Origin: an uncultured Methylomirabilota bacterium
Lineage (GTDB): Bacteria > Methylomirabilota > Methylomirabilia > Methylomirabilales > 2-02-FULL-66-22
NCBI GenBank assembly: GCA_963705305.1
Contig: OY970067.1
Coordinates: 576,001-640,000, forward strand
Direction of reading: 5' to 3'
DNA length: 64,000 nucleotides
Shown: one piece after another, positions 1 through 14,238 of the stretch
How positions within the stretch are numbered: the stretch's first letter is position 1
How the letters are laid out: each line of letters begins with the position of its first letter
Position numbers and translations under genes: made by a program
Notes under the pieces: model-generated
Told to the model about the DNA's origin: nothing
The model's database searches: none
Seen by the model: the letters and a program-made list of their open reading frames with translations, nothing else

Positions 1-1039
1 CGGTCCGGAGACAGGCATCGGCGATGATGCGGATGGCGAGGCCCACCGGGCCGACGAAGCCCGCCTCCACCCCCGTGGCCTCCCGGATCTCGTCTCCTTG
101 GGCGGGGCGGAACGGCCCCACCACCCGCTGGAGCTTCCGCTCATGGAGCTGCTGGTCGCCTCGCACCAACGCAAGCATCGGCCCGCTCTCCGCCACCACC
201 ACCAACGACTTGATGGTCAGCGCCGGATCGATCCCCAGGAAACTACTCACCCCCTGGATCGTGCGGGTATGGGGGGTGTTCACCGCTTCCAGGGGCCAGG
301 CAGGGAAGGTCGGCTGCGGCGCATGCGAGCGTGCCAGCTCCACATTGGCCGCGTAGCCGCAGGACGAACACAGGGCCACCTGATCCTCGCCGGCCGGACT
401 GGGAGCCATGAATTCGTGCGAGCCCGCCCCGCCCATCATCCCGGGATCGCTCTCCACCACGTAGGCGGTGATGCCGCACCGCTTGAAGATGCGGCAGTAG
501 GCCTGCCGGTGGGCCTCGTACTGCTTTTCCAGTCCGGCCTCGTCCCGGTCCAGGCTGTAGGAGTCCTTCATCACGAACTCCCGCGTTCTCAGGACACCGC
601 TCTTGGGCCTGGCCTCGTCCCGCTCCTTGGTCTGGATCTGGTACCACGACTGGGGCAGGTCCCGGTAGGAGCGGACCTCGCGCGCCGCCAGCCAGGCCAC
701 CACTTCTTCATGGGTCATCCCCAGGCACATGTCGCGCTGGTTCCGGTCCTTGAGGCGGAACATCTCTCCGCCGATGGTGTCCCAGCGGCCCGATTGCTGC
801 CAGAGCTCCGCCGGGTGGATGACCGGCATGGTGATCTCCTGAGCCCCGATGCCGTTCATCTCCTCCCGGATGATGGCCGTGATCTTGCCCATCACCCGCT
901 GCCCCAGCGGCAGGTAGACGTAGATGCCTGCCGCCAGCTGGCGGACCAGCCCGGCCCGGATCATCAGCTTGTGGCTGATCGCCTCGGCGTCGGCCGGATC
1001 TTCCTTGAGGGTCGGGATGAGAGACCGTGACCAGCGCAT
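1..1039 (-). CDS. proS: Proline--tRNA ligase (runs off the window start)
   Basis: Hand translation from ATG 1039: MRWSRSLIPTLKEDPADAEAISHKLMIRAGLVRQLAAGIY...; GMTHEE and FRDEARPR motifs; AAGGAG RBS; follows ispG. Confidence 0.95.
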   Translation of the reverse strand, partial: MRWSRSLIPTLKEDPADAEAISHKLMIRAGLVRQLAAGIYVYLPLGQRVMGKITAIIREEMNGIGAQEITMPVIHPAELWQQSGRWDTIGGEMFRLKDRNQRDMCLGMTHEEVVAWLAAREVRSYRDLPQSWYQIQTKERDEARPKSGVLRTREFVMKDSYSLDRDEAGLEKQYEAHRQAYCRIFKRCGITAYVVESDPGMMGGAGSHEFMAPSPAGEDQVALCSSCGYAANVELARSHAPQPTFPAWPLEAVNTPHTRTIQGVSSFLGIDPALTIKSLVVVAESGPMLALVRGDQQLHERKLQRVVGPFRPAQGDEIREATGVEAGFVGPVGLAIRIIADACLRT

Positions 1040-1157
1040 CGCGTCGCTACTCCTTTGGCACGAGGCCGAATCATTCCGTCCGGCGGTTGGCGTCCCGAGG
1101 CACAAAAAGAGGAGGGCGCATGCCCCCCGGTCGGCCGCCCGCCCTGCGGGGCGCCCC

Positions 1158-2333
1158 TTACGGCTCCTCGGCGTGCGCCGCCAGGGCCTGAACCTCCTCC
1201 ACCAACACGTCCGCCAGCTCCGACTCCTTGACCTTGCGCACGATCTTTCCCTTCTTGATCAGGATCCCCACCCCATTGCCCCCGGCGATCCCGATGTCGG
1301 CACCCCGCGCCTCCCCCGGTCCGTTCACGGCGCACCCCATCACCGCCACATTGAGGGAGCGACGGATGTTGAGCCCCTCCAGGCGCCGCTCCACCTCCTT
1401 GGTCAGGTTCACCAAGTCGATTTCCACGCGACCGCAGGAGGGACAGGCGATGACATTGAGTCCCCGCTTGCGGAGCCCCAGCGCCTTCAGGATTTCGAAG
1501 CCGGCCCGCACCTCCTCGGTGGATTCCTCGGTCAGGCTCACCCGAATCGTGTCGCCGATCCCCTCAGCCAGCAGGGTTCCGATCCCCACGGCGGACTTGA
1601 TGGCCCCCGCGAAGGCGGTTCCCGCCTCGGTGACACCCAGGTGGAACGGATACGGGACCTTGTCGGCCAGCAGCCGGTACGCCTCGATCATCATCCGGGG
1701 ATCCGAGGACTTGAGGGAGACCTTCATCTCGGGGTAGTTGAGGTCCTCCAGGATCCGGATGTGGAACAGCGCACTCTCCACCATGGCCTCGGACGTGGGC
1801 TCTCCAAATCGCTGCAGGAGGTGCTTCTCCAGCGAGCCGGCGTTGACGCCGATGCGGATCGGTACTTTGCGCTCCGCCGCCGCCCGGGTGACCTCCTGCA
1901 CGCGCCACGTCGCTCCGATGTTGCCGGGATTGATGCGCAGGCAGTCGACGCCGGCCGCCAGACACTGGAGCGCCAGGCGATAGTCGAAGTGGATGTCCAC
2001 GATGAGCGGGATCCGGATCTGGGACCGAATGGCCGGCACCGCTGCCGCCGCGTCCGCGTCCGGCACGGCGATCCGGACGATGTCGCAGCCGGCCGCTTCC
2101 AGGGCCCAGATCTGGTCGACCGTCGCCTGGGCGTCCCGGGTGTCGGTCTTGGTCATCGACTGGACCGAGATGGGCGCATCGCCGCCCACTGCGATCTTCC
2201 CTACGTGGATCCGACGGGTGGGACGCCGGGCGAAGCGTCGAGCCGGCGCGATCGAAAGGGTTGGCACTTCAGTGAAGGGGGCGAAGTCCACCGCCTCGCG
2301 CTCCCCGATGCCGGAGACTCCTGCAGTATTCAT
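1158..2333 (-). CDS. ispG: HMBPP synthase (GcpE)
   Basis: VQSMT, DIHF, RINPGN, RIGVNAGS, CPSCGR, MGCAVNGPGE motifs; start taken at the ATG overlapping the rseP stop (ATGA). Confidence 0.96.
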   Translation of the reverse strand: MNTAGVSGIGEREAVDFAPFTEVPTLSIAPARRFARRPTRRIHVGKIAVGGDAPISVQSMTKTDTRDAQATVDQIWALEAAGCDIVRIAVPDADAAAAVPAIRSQIRIPLIVDIHFDYRLALQCLAAGVDCLRINPGNIGATWRVQEVTRAAAERKVPIRIGVNAGSLEKHLLQRFGEPTSEAMVESALFHIRILEDLNYPEMKVSLKSSDPRMMIEAYRLLADKVPYPFHLGVTEAGTAFAGAIKSAVGIGTLLAEGIGDTIRVSLTEESTEEVRAGFEILKALGLRKRGLNVIACPSCGRVEIDLVNLTKEVERRLEGLNIRRSLNVAVMGCAVNGPGEARGADIGIAGGNGVGILIKKGKIVRKVKESELADVLVEEVQALAAHAEEP

Positions 2334-3667
2334 GGATGCCCCAACCAGCGGAAGATATCGTTGTAGAACGCGAATACCATGAGAGCGATCAGCAGGAACA
2401 TGCCCACCTGCTGGGCGATCTCCCGCTTGCGCAGGCTGACCGGCTTCCCTCGCAGCCACTCGATCAGCGAGAAGAGCAGGTGTCCGCCGTCCAGCACCGG
2501 GATCGGCAGCAGGTTCAAGATGGCCAAATTCACCGACAGGAATGCGGCGAAAGACAAAAGCTCCACCAACCCCTGATGGGCCACCTCCCCTGCCAGCTGG
2601 ACGATCAGGATCGGCCCCCCGATGGTCTGGGGCGAAATCTTGGCTTCGATGAGCTTGATGAATCCCTGCACGATCAAAACGGTCATGTCCGCCGTCTTTC
2701 GGATCCCCGCCACCAGAGCTGCCGCCGGGTTCAGCCGCCGGTAGCGGGAGTCAGGCGCCGGCCCGATCCCGATGAGGCCGATCTTCTCCTCCCCCTGGGG
2801 CCCCATCTGATGGGTCGGCTGCGGCGTCACTTCCACGCTCAACTGCTTCCCGTTCCGCTCGGCCGTGACGCGCATGGCCTTCCCCGGGCTGGCATGAATC
2901 GCCGCGGCCAGCTGCTCCCATTCGGTCACCGGCGTCCCGTTCAAGGCTACGATCCGATCGCCGGGCTGGAGACCGGCCCGCTCGGCTGGCTGCCCGGGCA
3001 TCACTTGACCGATGCGGGTAGAGACGAGCGGGTGCAGCCCCAGGTCCCAGATCTTTGTCGGCTGGCCGAAGATGTCCCTCGTCTCCAGTGCCCGCGGCGC
3101 CATCGGGATCGTCAATTCCCGCCCGTCGCGCCGAACGGTCAGGGTCAGCCCGCGCCCGGTGGACGCCCGGAGGGAGGCATCGATCTGATCCCAGCGGCTG
3201 ATCGGGGCGCCATCGACGGCCTCGATTCGATCTCCGGCGAGCAGGCCCGCCTGGGCCGCCGGAGACCCCGGATCGGGCGACCCTGTAACCGGCGGGAAGT
3301 AGCTCTGGCCGACGAAGACGAACACCCCCCAGAAGAGCAGGACGGGCAGAATAAAGTTGGCAGCCGGACCCGCCAGAATGATGAGCGAGCGGATCCCGAC
3401 AGGTCGCAGGGAAAAGGACCGCTTCGGGTCGGCGGCCTCGGCCGATTCATCACTCGGGTCCTCTCCGATCATCTTCACGTAGCCGCCCAGCGGCAAGGCG
3501 GAAAGGAGATATTCCGTCTCCCCCTTCTTCACGCCGACCAACTTAGGCCCAAACCCCAGGGAAAACTTCAGGACCCCGACCCCCGACCGCTTGGCCACCA
3601 GGAAGTGACCCAGCTCGTGGACGAAGATCAGCAGGCCCAGCACCAGAATCGCTGCCAGAATGTTCAT
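2330..3667 (-). CDS. rseP: RIP metalloprotease RseP with two PDZ domains
   Basis: HELGH, LGGYVKM, NLLPIPVLDGG motifs; dxr-rseP-ispG order. Confidence 0.96.
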   Translation of the reverse strand: MNILAAILVLGLLIFVHELGHFLVAKRSGVGVLKFSLGFGPKLVGVKKGETEYLLSALPLGGYVKMIGEDPSDESAEAADPKRSFSLRPVGIRSLIILAGPAANFILPVLLFWGVFVFVGQSYFPPVTGSPDPGSPAAQAGLLAGDRIEAVDGAPISRWDQIDASLRASTGRGLTLTVRRDGRELTIPMAPRALETRDIFGQPTKIWDLGLHPLVSTRIGQVMPGQPAERAGLQPGDRIVALNGTPVTEWEQLAAAIHASPGKAMRVTAERNGKQLSVEVTPQPTHQMGPQGEEKIGLIGIGPAPDSRYRRLNPAAALVAGIRKTADMTVLIVQGFIKLIEAKISPQTIGGPILIVQLAGEVAHQGLVELLSFAAFLSVNLAILNLLPIPVLDGGHLLFSLIEWLRGKPVSLRKREIAQQVGMFLLIALMVFAFYNDIFRWLGHP

Positions 3668-3710
3668 CCCAACTCCATGCGCGCACCGTGGGGCGCCCCG
3701 CGTGCTGGCG

Positions 3711-4853
3711 TTATCCCTCCGCCAGGCGACACCGGACCTCCCGGTCCACCTCCAGGACGTCCTCTATGCTTTGCACGTGCCGTCGCGGGTGGAGGTCCAG
3801 CGCCTTGCGGATCACGCCCGGGATCTCGTCGAAACCGATGCGCCGATCCAGGAACCACTGCACGGCCACCTCGTTGGCGGCATTCAGCACGGCCGGCCAG
3901 GATCCCCCGGCCCGCGTCGCCTCGTAGGCCAGATCGAGGCAGGGGAATTTCTCGTGGTCTACCGTCTCGAACGTGAGACCGGACAGCTTCAGCAAATCCA
4001 GACGCTCGACCGGGCTCCAGCGGCGCTGGGGCCAGGTGAGGGCATATTGGATCGGCACCCGCATGTCGGGCACCCCCAACTGAGCCAGGATGGAGCCATC
4101 CACGAACTCGACCATGGAGTGGACGACGCTTTGGGGATGGATGATCACGTCCACTTGATCGACCGGAATATCGAACAGCCAGTGGGCCTCGATGACCTCC
4201 AGCCCCTTGTTCATCAGCGTGGCAGAGTCGATGGTCACCTTTCGGCCCATCTGCCACGTCGGATGTCTCAGCGCCGCGTCCGGCGTGATCTGCGAGAAGG
4301 CGGCGAGGGGCAGCGTGCGGAACGGTCCGCCCGAGGCCGTGAGGACAATCCGGCGCACGTCCGGCCTGCCGTGAGTCGCGAGGCATTGGAAGACGGCGGA
4401 ATGCTCGCTGTCCACCGGCAGGATGCGGACCTTCCGGGCCCGGGCCTCCGCGGTCATCAATTCTCCCGCGATGACGAGCGTCTCCTTGTTGGCCAGTGCC
4501 ACGTCCTTGCCGGCTCGGATGGCCGCCATGGTCGGGAGGAGTCCGGCCCCGCCGACGATGGCCGAAACCACCACGTCAGCCCCGGACGCTTCGGCCGCCT
4601 GGATCGATCCTTCCGTGCCCCACACCACCTCGGGGGCCTTCGATCCAAGTCGCCTCTCGAGTTCCCGTGCTCCGGCCTCGGTCCCCACGGATACCAAGCG
4701 GGGATGGTGGCGGTGGATCTGTTCGACCAGGATGTCCAGGCTCGAATTCGCTGCCAGGCCCACGATCTGGAAATGCTCCGGATGGGCCGCCACGACCTCC
4801 AGGGTGTGGGTGCCGATGGAGCCCGTGGACCCTAAGACTGCCAGGCGCTTCAT
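3711..4853 (-). CDS. dxr: 1-deoxy-D-xylulose-5-phosphate reductoisomerase
   Basis: GSTGSIG, ANKE, PVDSEH, DSATLMNKGLE motifs. Confidence 0.97.
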   Translation of the reverse strand: MKRLAVLGSTGSIGTHTLEVVAAHPEHFQIVGLAANSSLDILVEQIHRHHPRLVSVGTEAGARELERRLGSKAPEVVWGTEGSIQAAEASGADVVVSAIVGGAGLLPTMAAIRAGKDVALANKETLVIAGELMTAEARARKVRILPVDSEHSAVFQCLATHGRPDVRRIVLTASGGPFRTLPLAAFSQITPDAALRHPTWQMGRKVTIDSATLMNKGLEVIEAHWLFDIPVDQVDVIIHPQSVVHSMVEFVDGSILAQLGVPDMRVPIQYALTWPQRRWSPVERLDLLKLSGLTFETVDHEKFPCLDLAYEATRAGGSWPAVLNAANEVAVQWFLDRRIGFDEIPGVIRKALDLHPRRHVQSIEDVLEVDREVRCRLAEG

Positions 4854-4988
4854 GAGAATTCCTTCCGAGCCCCCCGGTGGGCCGGCTCGGCGGTTGTCGC
4901 AACCGGGAACTCGCCTCCGGATTGCCTCCCGACTTGAAAAAACGGACAGATCTGATCCTGGTGCAGCCGTTTCGGGAGCGGGTTTTTA

Positions 4989-5017
4989 AGTATAGGAGAA
5001 GGAGCAACCGCCTGCAA
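4989..5017 (-). promoter_or_regulatory. Putative sigma70 promoter of the dxr operon
   Basis: Minus strand TTGCAG-N17-TATACT. Confidence 0.6.
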
Positions 5018-5066
5018 GCAGTTTTGGTCGCCTCCTCACGGCAGAAAAGTCTTATGGGAAGAGAAG

Positions 5067-5402
5067 TTAGCGATTTCCGGGAGAGGGCGACAGCGGTGCG
5101 GCCGGTCGAAATTCATACACCAGCTCGCCCGGCTTGACCAAACCCAACTCTTCCCTGGCGATGGCTTCGATCCTGAAGGGATCCGTGCGGAGGGCGCGGA
5201 CCTCATCGGCCAGCGCCGCGTTCTCCGCATTCAGATCCCCGATCTCTCGCTCCAGGGCCGCCTTCTCCTGATGCATGCGATACAACTGCAACAGCCCTCG
5301 GTTGCCCATCACCGAGGCGGCCACGAGCAACAAGAGAAAGATCACAACCACGCGAAGGGTGCGGAACACACGCAACCGGTTCTCCCCGGGCAACAGCCCC
5401 AT
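5067..5402 (-). CDS. ftsB: Septum formation initiator FtsB/DivIC family (start uncertain)
   Basis: Single TM, coiled coil, IEAIAREELGLVKPGE; directly downstream of eno. Confidence 0.85.
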   Translation of the reverse strand: MGLLPGENRLRVFRTLRVVVIFLLLLVAASVMGNRGLLQLYRMHQEKAALEREIGDLNAENAALADEVRALRTDPFRIEAIAREELGLVKPGELVYEFRPAAPLSPSPGNR

Positions 5403-5524
5403 GAATCCCCCCGACATCATCCACGCCGACGGATCGGATGCCGCCGGCCATCCGCGCCGCCACAATCTTCACGATCACACAAGGCCCGCCAGCCTGACGC
5501 CGGAAACGCCGTCCGCCGCGTCGC

Positions 5525-8408
<2,884 letters not shown>

Positions 8409-8639
8409 CGCTAGACTGACCCTCGCCGCCGAAGGCGAAGTCAACTATCGCGCCCGCGGCCCCTTAGATCCCCCTCCCCCGCGACAGCATTTCCCCGACC
8501 CCGAGAGTGCGGCTTCCGCCCTCATGCCTCGGGACCCGCCCACACCCAGCCCCGACGCGCACGAACAGGGTCGCCGGAGTCGTCTCTCCGCCCCGAGCCG
8601 CTTCCGCCTGGCGCCGTTCCCGCCCCGGCTCACACGCGA

Positions 8640-8669
8640 ACTATAGGCGGGGCCCACGAAGCTTGTCAA
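8640..8669 (-). promoter_or_regulatory. Putative sigma70 promoter upstream of the mutase-like gene
   Basis: Minus strand TTGACA-N18-TATAGT. Confidence 0.6.
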
Positions 8670-8694
8670 GGAACTTTGCCCGTTTGCCGCGGGG

Positions 8695-9831
8695 TTACGA
8701 GGCTGGCGACCCGATGGGGAGATAGACGCGGGGAACACGGCCGCTGATCTGACACAGGACCTCATAGCTGATGGTCCCCTGCACGCCCGCAATCTCCTCG
8801 GCGGTGATCGCTTCCGAATCCTGACGTCCGATCAGCACAACTTCGTCGCCCGCCCGTACGCCGGCCACCCCGGTAACATCCACCATGGTCATGTCCATGC
8901 AGATCCGACCGACGATGGGGACGCGCTGACCTCGGACCAGCGCCTGCCCCCGGTTGGACAGCGCGCGCGCGAGGCCGTCCGCATATCCGACGGGCAGTGT
9001 AGCGATGCGCATGTCCCGGGGGGCCACGAACGTGCGCCCATAGCTGACGCTTCGGCCCGCCGACAGGTCTTTCAGCTGGCTGATGCGCGTCCGGAAGCTG
9101 AGGGCCGGCCGGAGCGCCGGATCCGCCGGGCGCCACCCCACCCGCGGATCGCAGCCGTAGAGCATGATCCCGGGACGGACCAGGTCCAGGCGGGCCTCTG
9201 GGCAACCGAGCAGCGCCGCGCTGTTAGCCACATGCCGGGCGGGCACCGGAATCCCCGAGGCGCGCAGAAGGTCGATGGCCTCGCCGAAGCGTCCAAGCTG
9301 CTCCCGGGTGAAGCTGGGGTCCGCGGCGTCCGCCTCCGCGAAATGCGTCATGATTCCGGCCAGGCGGAGCGTGCTCAGCCCTCGGATTGCCGCGGCCAGA
9401 CGAGGGGCCTCCTTGGGGGTGACGCCCACGCGGCCCATGCCGGTATCCACCTTGAGGTGAACGGGGACGGACCCGCCGATGGCGCGAGCGGCCCGATCCA
9501 GCGGCTCGGCCTGCGAGAAGTCCGAGACACACTGATCCAATCGGTGAGAGACCGTCAGTTCCGCCTGCTCCCCATGAATAGGCCCCAACACAAGGATCGG
9601 GCAATGGATGCCCGCCGCCCGCAGGGGAATCGCCTCTTCCGGGATGGCCACTGCCAGCCGGGTCGCACCGGAGGCCAACGCCGCCCGGGCGACCGGTACC
9701 GCTCCGTGGCCGTATGCATCGGCCTTGACTACGGCCATCACAGCGGTTCTTGGACCGGCCAGCTTGCAGGCTAGGGCAACGTTACCAGCAATAGCCTCCA
9801 AGTCGATCTCTACGCGGGTTGGTCGTATCAT
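8695..9831 (-). CDS. alr: Alanine racemase
   Basis: AVVKADAYGHG PLP lysine, HLKVDTGMGRVG, SYG, GRICMD motifs. Confidence 0.96.
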   Translation of the reverse strand: MIRPTRVEIDLEAIAGNVALACKLAGPRTAVMAVVKADAYGHGAVPVARAALASGATRLAVAIPEEAIPLRAAGIHCPILVLGPIHGEQAELTVSHRLDQCVSDFSQAEPLDRAARAIGGSVPVHLKVDTGMGRVGVTPKEAPRLAAAIRGLSTLRLAGIMTHFAEADAADPSFTREQLGRFGEAIDLLRASGIPVPARHVANSAALLGCPEARLDLVRPGIMLYGCDPRVGWRPADPALRPALSFRTRISQLKDLSAGRSVSYGRTFVAPRDMRIATLPVGYADGLARALSNRGQALVRGQRVPIVGRICMDMTMVDVTGVAGVRAGDEVVLIGRQDSEAITAEEIAGVQGTISYEVLCQISGRVPRVYLPIGSPAS

Positions 9832-10052
9832 TTTCCAGTCCTCTCGGCGACTCATCCCCTGGGTCGCCAGCTCAGCACTCGCTTACAGGATGCCTGACGC
9901 CTTGGATTATTAGAGCCATCATCTGCACTGACAATGGATAATATTAGATTTTTAAGAGTAAAATATGGCAAAAAATCGAGATATACTCTTATGTTTAATA
10001 ATGGTAGTCATAAACATCCCGATTTTATCTCATTTTTCCTGAAATAAATGTC

Positions 10053-10081
10053 TTGCAATGATTGCGAAACCAGATTAGATT
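10053..10081 (+). promoter_or_regulatory. Putative sigma70 promoter of groESL
   Basis: TTGCAA-N17-TAGATT in an AT-rich tract just before the CIRCE. Confidence 0.65.
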
Positions 10082-10090
10082 TCATCCCTG

Positions 10091-10117
10091 TTAGCACTCT
10101 CTTGTAGTGAGTGCTAG
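10091..10117 (+). promoter_or_regulatory. CIRCE (HrcA operator)
   Basis: TTAGCACTC-N9-GAGTGCTAG, one mismatch to consensus. Confidence 0.93.
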
Positions 10118-10294
10118 TGCGTGGATGAGGATAGGAAAAGGCGAGCATTTACTGCAAGCATACCTAGACTCAATTTCCAAAATCAATCGAAAAGAGGCGA
10201 GCTCATGCGCGCTGCCCCGAGGCAACGCGCGCCGGGACTCGCCTCGCGGAGCGCACCCGGCAGCACCACCCATTATCGAAAGGAGTGACAGTCC

Positions 10295-10585
10295 ATGAAG
10301 AAGATCAAGCCACTGCAGGACCGGCTCCTGGTAAAGCGCCTGGAGGAGAAAGAGGTCAAGAAGGGCGGGATCATCATCCCGGACACCGCCAAGGAGAAGC
10401 CGCAGGAGGGTGAGGTCATCGCCGTGGGCCCCGGGAAGGTCACCGATGACGGGAAGCTCCAGCCCATGTCGGTGAAGGTCGGAGACAAGATCCTGTTCGG
10501 AAAGTACTCGGGCAGCGAGGTCAAGCTGGACAACGAGGAGTACCTCATCATGCGGGAGGAGGACGTCCTCGGCATCCTGCAGTAA
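10295..10585 (+). CDS. groES: Co-chaperonin GroES
   Basis: [26 protein letters not shown] motifs. Confidence 0.98.
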   Translation: MKKIKPLQDRLLVKRLEEKEVKKGGIIIPDTAKEKPQEGEVIAVGPGKVTDDGKLQPMSVKVGDKILFGKYSGSEVKLDNEEYLIMREEDVLGILQ

Positions 10586-10646
10586 GCGAGAACTGGACAC
10601 GTTCCATTCCGATCTGACGACACGCTTCACGCAATTACACGGGTAA

Positions 10647-12284
<1,638 letters not shown>

Positions 12285-12355
12285 ACCGACCGCACGACGC
12301 AGTCGGGAACGGGGCCGCACGACGTGATGAACCACCCGCGGTCCCGTGGGAATAC

Positions 12356-12394
12356 AGGCCCCGGGCGGCGATCCCGCCCGGGGCCTTTGCCTTT
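12356..12394 (+). terminator. Probable intrinsic terminator after groEL
   Basis: 13-bp stem AGGCCCCGGGCGG/CCGCCCGGGGCCT followed by TTGCCTTT. Confidence 0.7.
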
Positions 12395-12490
12395 GTGGCG
12401 GGGCTCGCCTGCTTCGGGTGGCGGGGCGCGGCAAGGGCCCGTTGACCCGCCAAAAGCGGGGTGATAGATTGCCGCCCTGGAGGCCGGCGC

Positions 12491-12751
12491 ATGAGCGCTC
12501 GCGGGCGGATTCCACTTCGGGTTGAGGGCTACTCGGGATATCGGGCGGACGAGCGGCCCGTCGCGTTCCACCTGGGGGAACGGCGCATTCTCGTGCGCCA
12601 GCTCGTGGACCGCTGGTTCGGGGAGGATCACAATTACTTCAAGCTGGTCGGCGACGATGGCATCCTGTACATTCTGCGTCATGATGGGAGAACCGACACA
12701 TGGGAGCTGAGTCTCATGGAAGTCCCCACGCCGCCCCGGACAGCGGGGTGA
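12491..12751 (+). CDS. Small hypothetical protein
   Basis: GGAGG RBS; globular-looking sequence (YSGYRADERPVAF...DRWFGEDHNYFKL); its stop overlaps the next GTG. Confidence 0.7.
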   Translation: MSARGRIPLRVEGYSGYRADERPVAFHLGERRILVRQLVDRWFGEDHNYFKLVGDDGILYILRHDGRTDTWELSLMEVPTPPRTAG

Positions 12752-13473
12752 CGGCAGGGCGGCCCTTTCGCCTGTTCCCCGCCGAGGACCTCTTGATCGC
12801 CCAGGCGCTCTCGGGCTTTGTTCTCATCATCGGCTGGGCGCTCATGTACGAGATCTACCATGAGGACGGCTCGTATTACACCAGCCTGCTGCAGGAGATC
12901 CTGGCCACCGAGGGGCTGTTTCCGTCTTTCCTCCTCCTGGCGATCCTGATGGCGTTTCCCGTCGGTTTGATCGTGGACTCCGTGCGTGAGGTGGTGGGCG
13001 AGGGATGGCTCGGGCTGCCGCGCACCCGGCCGGACGGCCGGCATCCGGCAGCCGCCCTCCCGGGACTCCCGACGACGGGTCCGGCCTCTCCCGATTTTTG
13101 GGCCCGGTATGCCGTGTACCGGCACGCCTGGGCCGCCGTGCTCGCGCCCGCCCGGGCGGCCGGCAACTTGGCCCTGGTCCTCCTGCTCCTCGCGACCTGG
13201 TTTGTGGTCAAGATGATCACCATTCAGGGGTGGGATCTCTTCCCCCCCGCCTTTCTCGTCGGCGCGCCACTGACGGCGCTGGCGCTGGCCGGCATACTTC
13301 TGACGCGCTACCTGCGGGGAGCGCGCAGTTTCTCCGTGTTCGCACACGACTCCCTGTTTTCCCCCACTGCGTGCGGTCCCAACGGGTCGCCCGAGCCCAT
13401 CGGCTCCTCCGAACCGGGCCCTGCGGCGGACGCGCCCGCTTCTCCCCTTGACACGGATCGGGGGCAGCCGTAG
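12748..13473 (+). CDS. Hypothetical membrane protein (about 4 TM)
   Basis: Hydrophobic segments; GTGA translational coupling to the upstream gene. Confidence 0.65.
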   Translation: MTAGRPFRLFPAEDLLIAQALSGFVLIIGWALMYEIYHEDGSYYTSLLQEILATEGLFPSFLLLAILMAFPVGLIVDSVREVVGEGWLGLPRTRPDGRHPAAALPGLPTTGPASPDFWARYAVYRHAWAAVLAPARAAGNLALVLLLLATWFVVKMITIQGWDLFPPAFLVGAPLTALALAGILLTRYLRGARSFSVFAHDSLFSPTACGPNGSPEPIGSSEPGPAADAPASPLDTDRGQP

Positions 13474-13476
13474 CAT
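13448..13476 (+). promoter_or_regulatory. Putative sigma70 promoter of the trkA-trkA-kimA operon
   Basis: TTGACA-N17-TAGCAT. Confidence 0.65.
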
Positions 13477-13574
13477 TCTCCGCCGGTCAAACGGACCGAG
13501 GCGCGCCGCTTCGAGTCCTAGGGGCCTGGCGCTGGAGGCCCCGCATTCTATGTGATGGGGAAGGAGGTTCCGGC

Positions 13575-14222
13575 ATGCGGGTTGTGATCGTAGGCTGCGG
13601 CCGGGTGGGATCGAACCTTGCGAACGCGCTCTCCGCAGAGCGGCACGACGTGGTGGTGATCGACCGCGACCCGCGCGCGTTTGCCCGGCTGTCGCGGGAC
13701 TTTAGCGGCCGGATGCTGACCGGAATCGGCTTCGACCGGAGCATCCTTCAGAAGGGGGATCTCGAGGGGGCCGAGGCGCTGGCGGCAACCACCGACAGTG
13801 ATAACGTGAACATCGTGGTGGCCGTAACCGCCAAGGAAACCTTCAAGGTTCCGCACGTGGTCGCGCGCATCTACGACCCGCAGGCGGCGGAGATCTATCG
13901 GCGGGAAGGCATTCCAACCGTGAGTCTGACCGTGCAGGCCGCGAACATCATGAAGAGCATGATCGTGCAGCCGCACTTCATCACCCAGGCCGCGTTCGGG
14001 AGCGGCGAGGTCGAGTTGCTCCAGGTGGAGATCCCCAAGTCCATGGCCGGGCGGACGGTCCAGGACTTCATCGTCCCGGCCCATTCCCAGGCGAGCGTGC
14101 TGGTCCGGAAGGGCCAGGCGATGATCCCCGCCCCCGATACCCGCCTGGAGCCCGAGGACATCCTTCACCTCGTGGCCACGGTGACGGCGATCGACAAACT
14201 GCAGAAGCTCTTCGCCCACTGA
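13575..14222 (+). CDS. trkA: TrkA-family RCK potassium uptake regulator
   Basis: GCGRVG Rossmann motif, DNVNIV, VVARIYDP, C-terminal RCK_C domain. Confidence 0.9.
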   Translation: MRVVIVGCGRVGSNLANALSAERHDVVVIDRDPRAFARLSRDFSGRMLTGIGFDRSILQKGDLEGAEALAATTDSDNVNIVVAVTAKETFKVPHVVARIYDPQAAEIYRREGIPTVSLTVQAANIMKSMIVQPHFITQAAFGSGEVELLQVEIPKSMAGRTVQDFIVPAHSQASVLVRKGQAMIPAPDTRLEPEDILHLVATVTAIDKLQKLFAH

Positions 14223-14238
14223 GGAGAAGGAGTACCAT

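Noticed and set aside
9872..9898. Second CIRCE-like sequence upstream of alr (TCAGCACTC-N9-ATGCCTGAC)
   Set aside because: Only the left arm resembles the consensus.
13474..13574. c-di-AMP (ydaO) riboswitch expected before KimA-type genes
   Set aside because: No recognisable conserved elements here, at 16728-16817 or upstream of 24010 by eye; an Rfam scan would be decisive.
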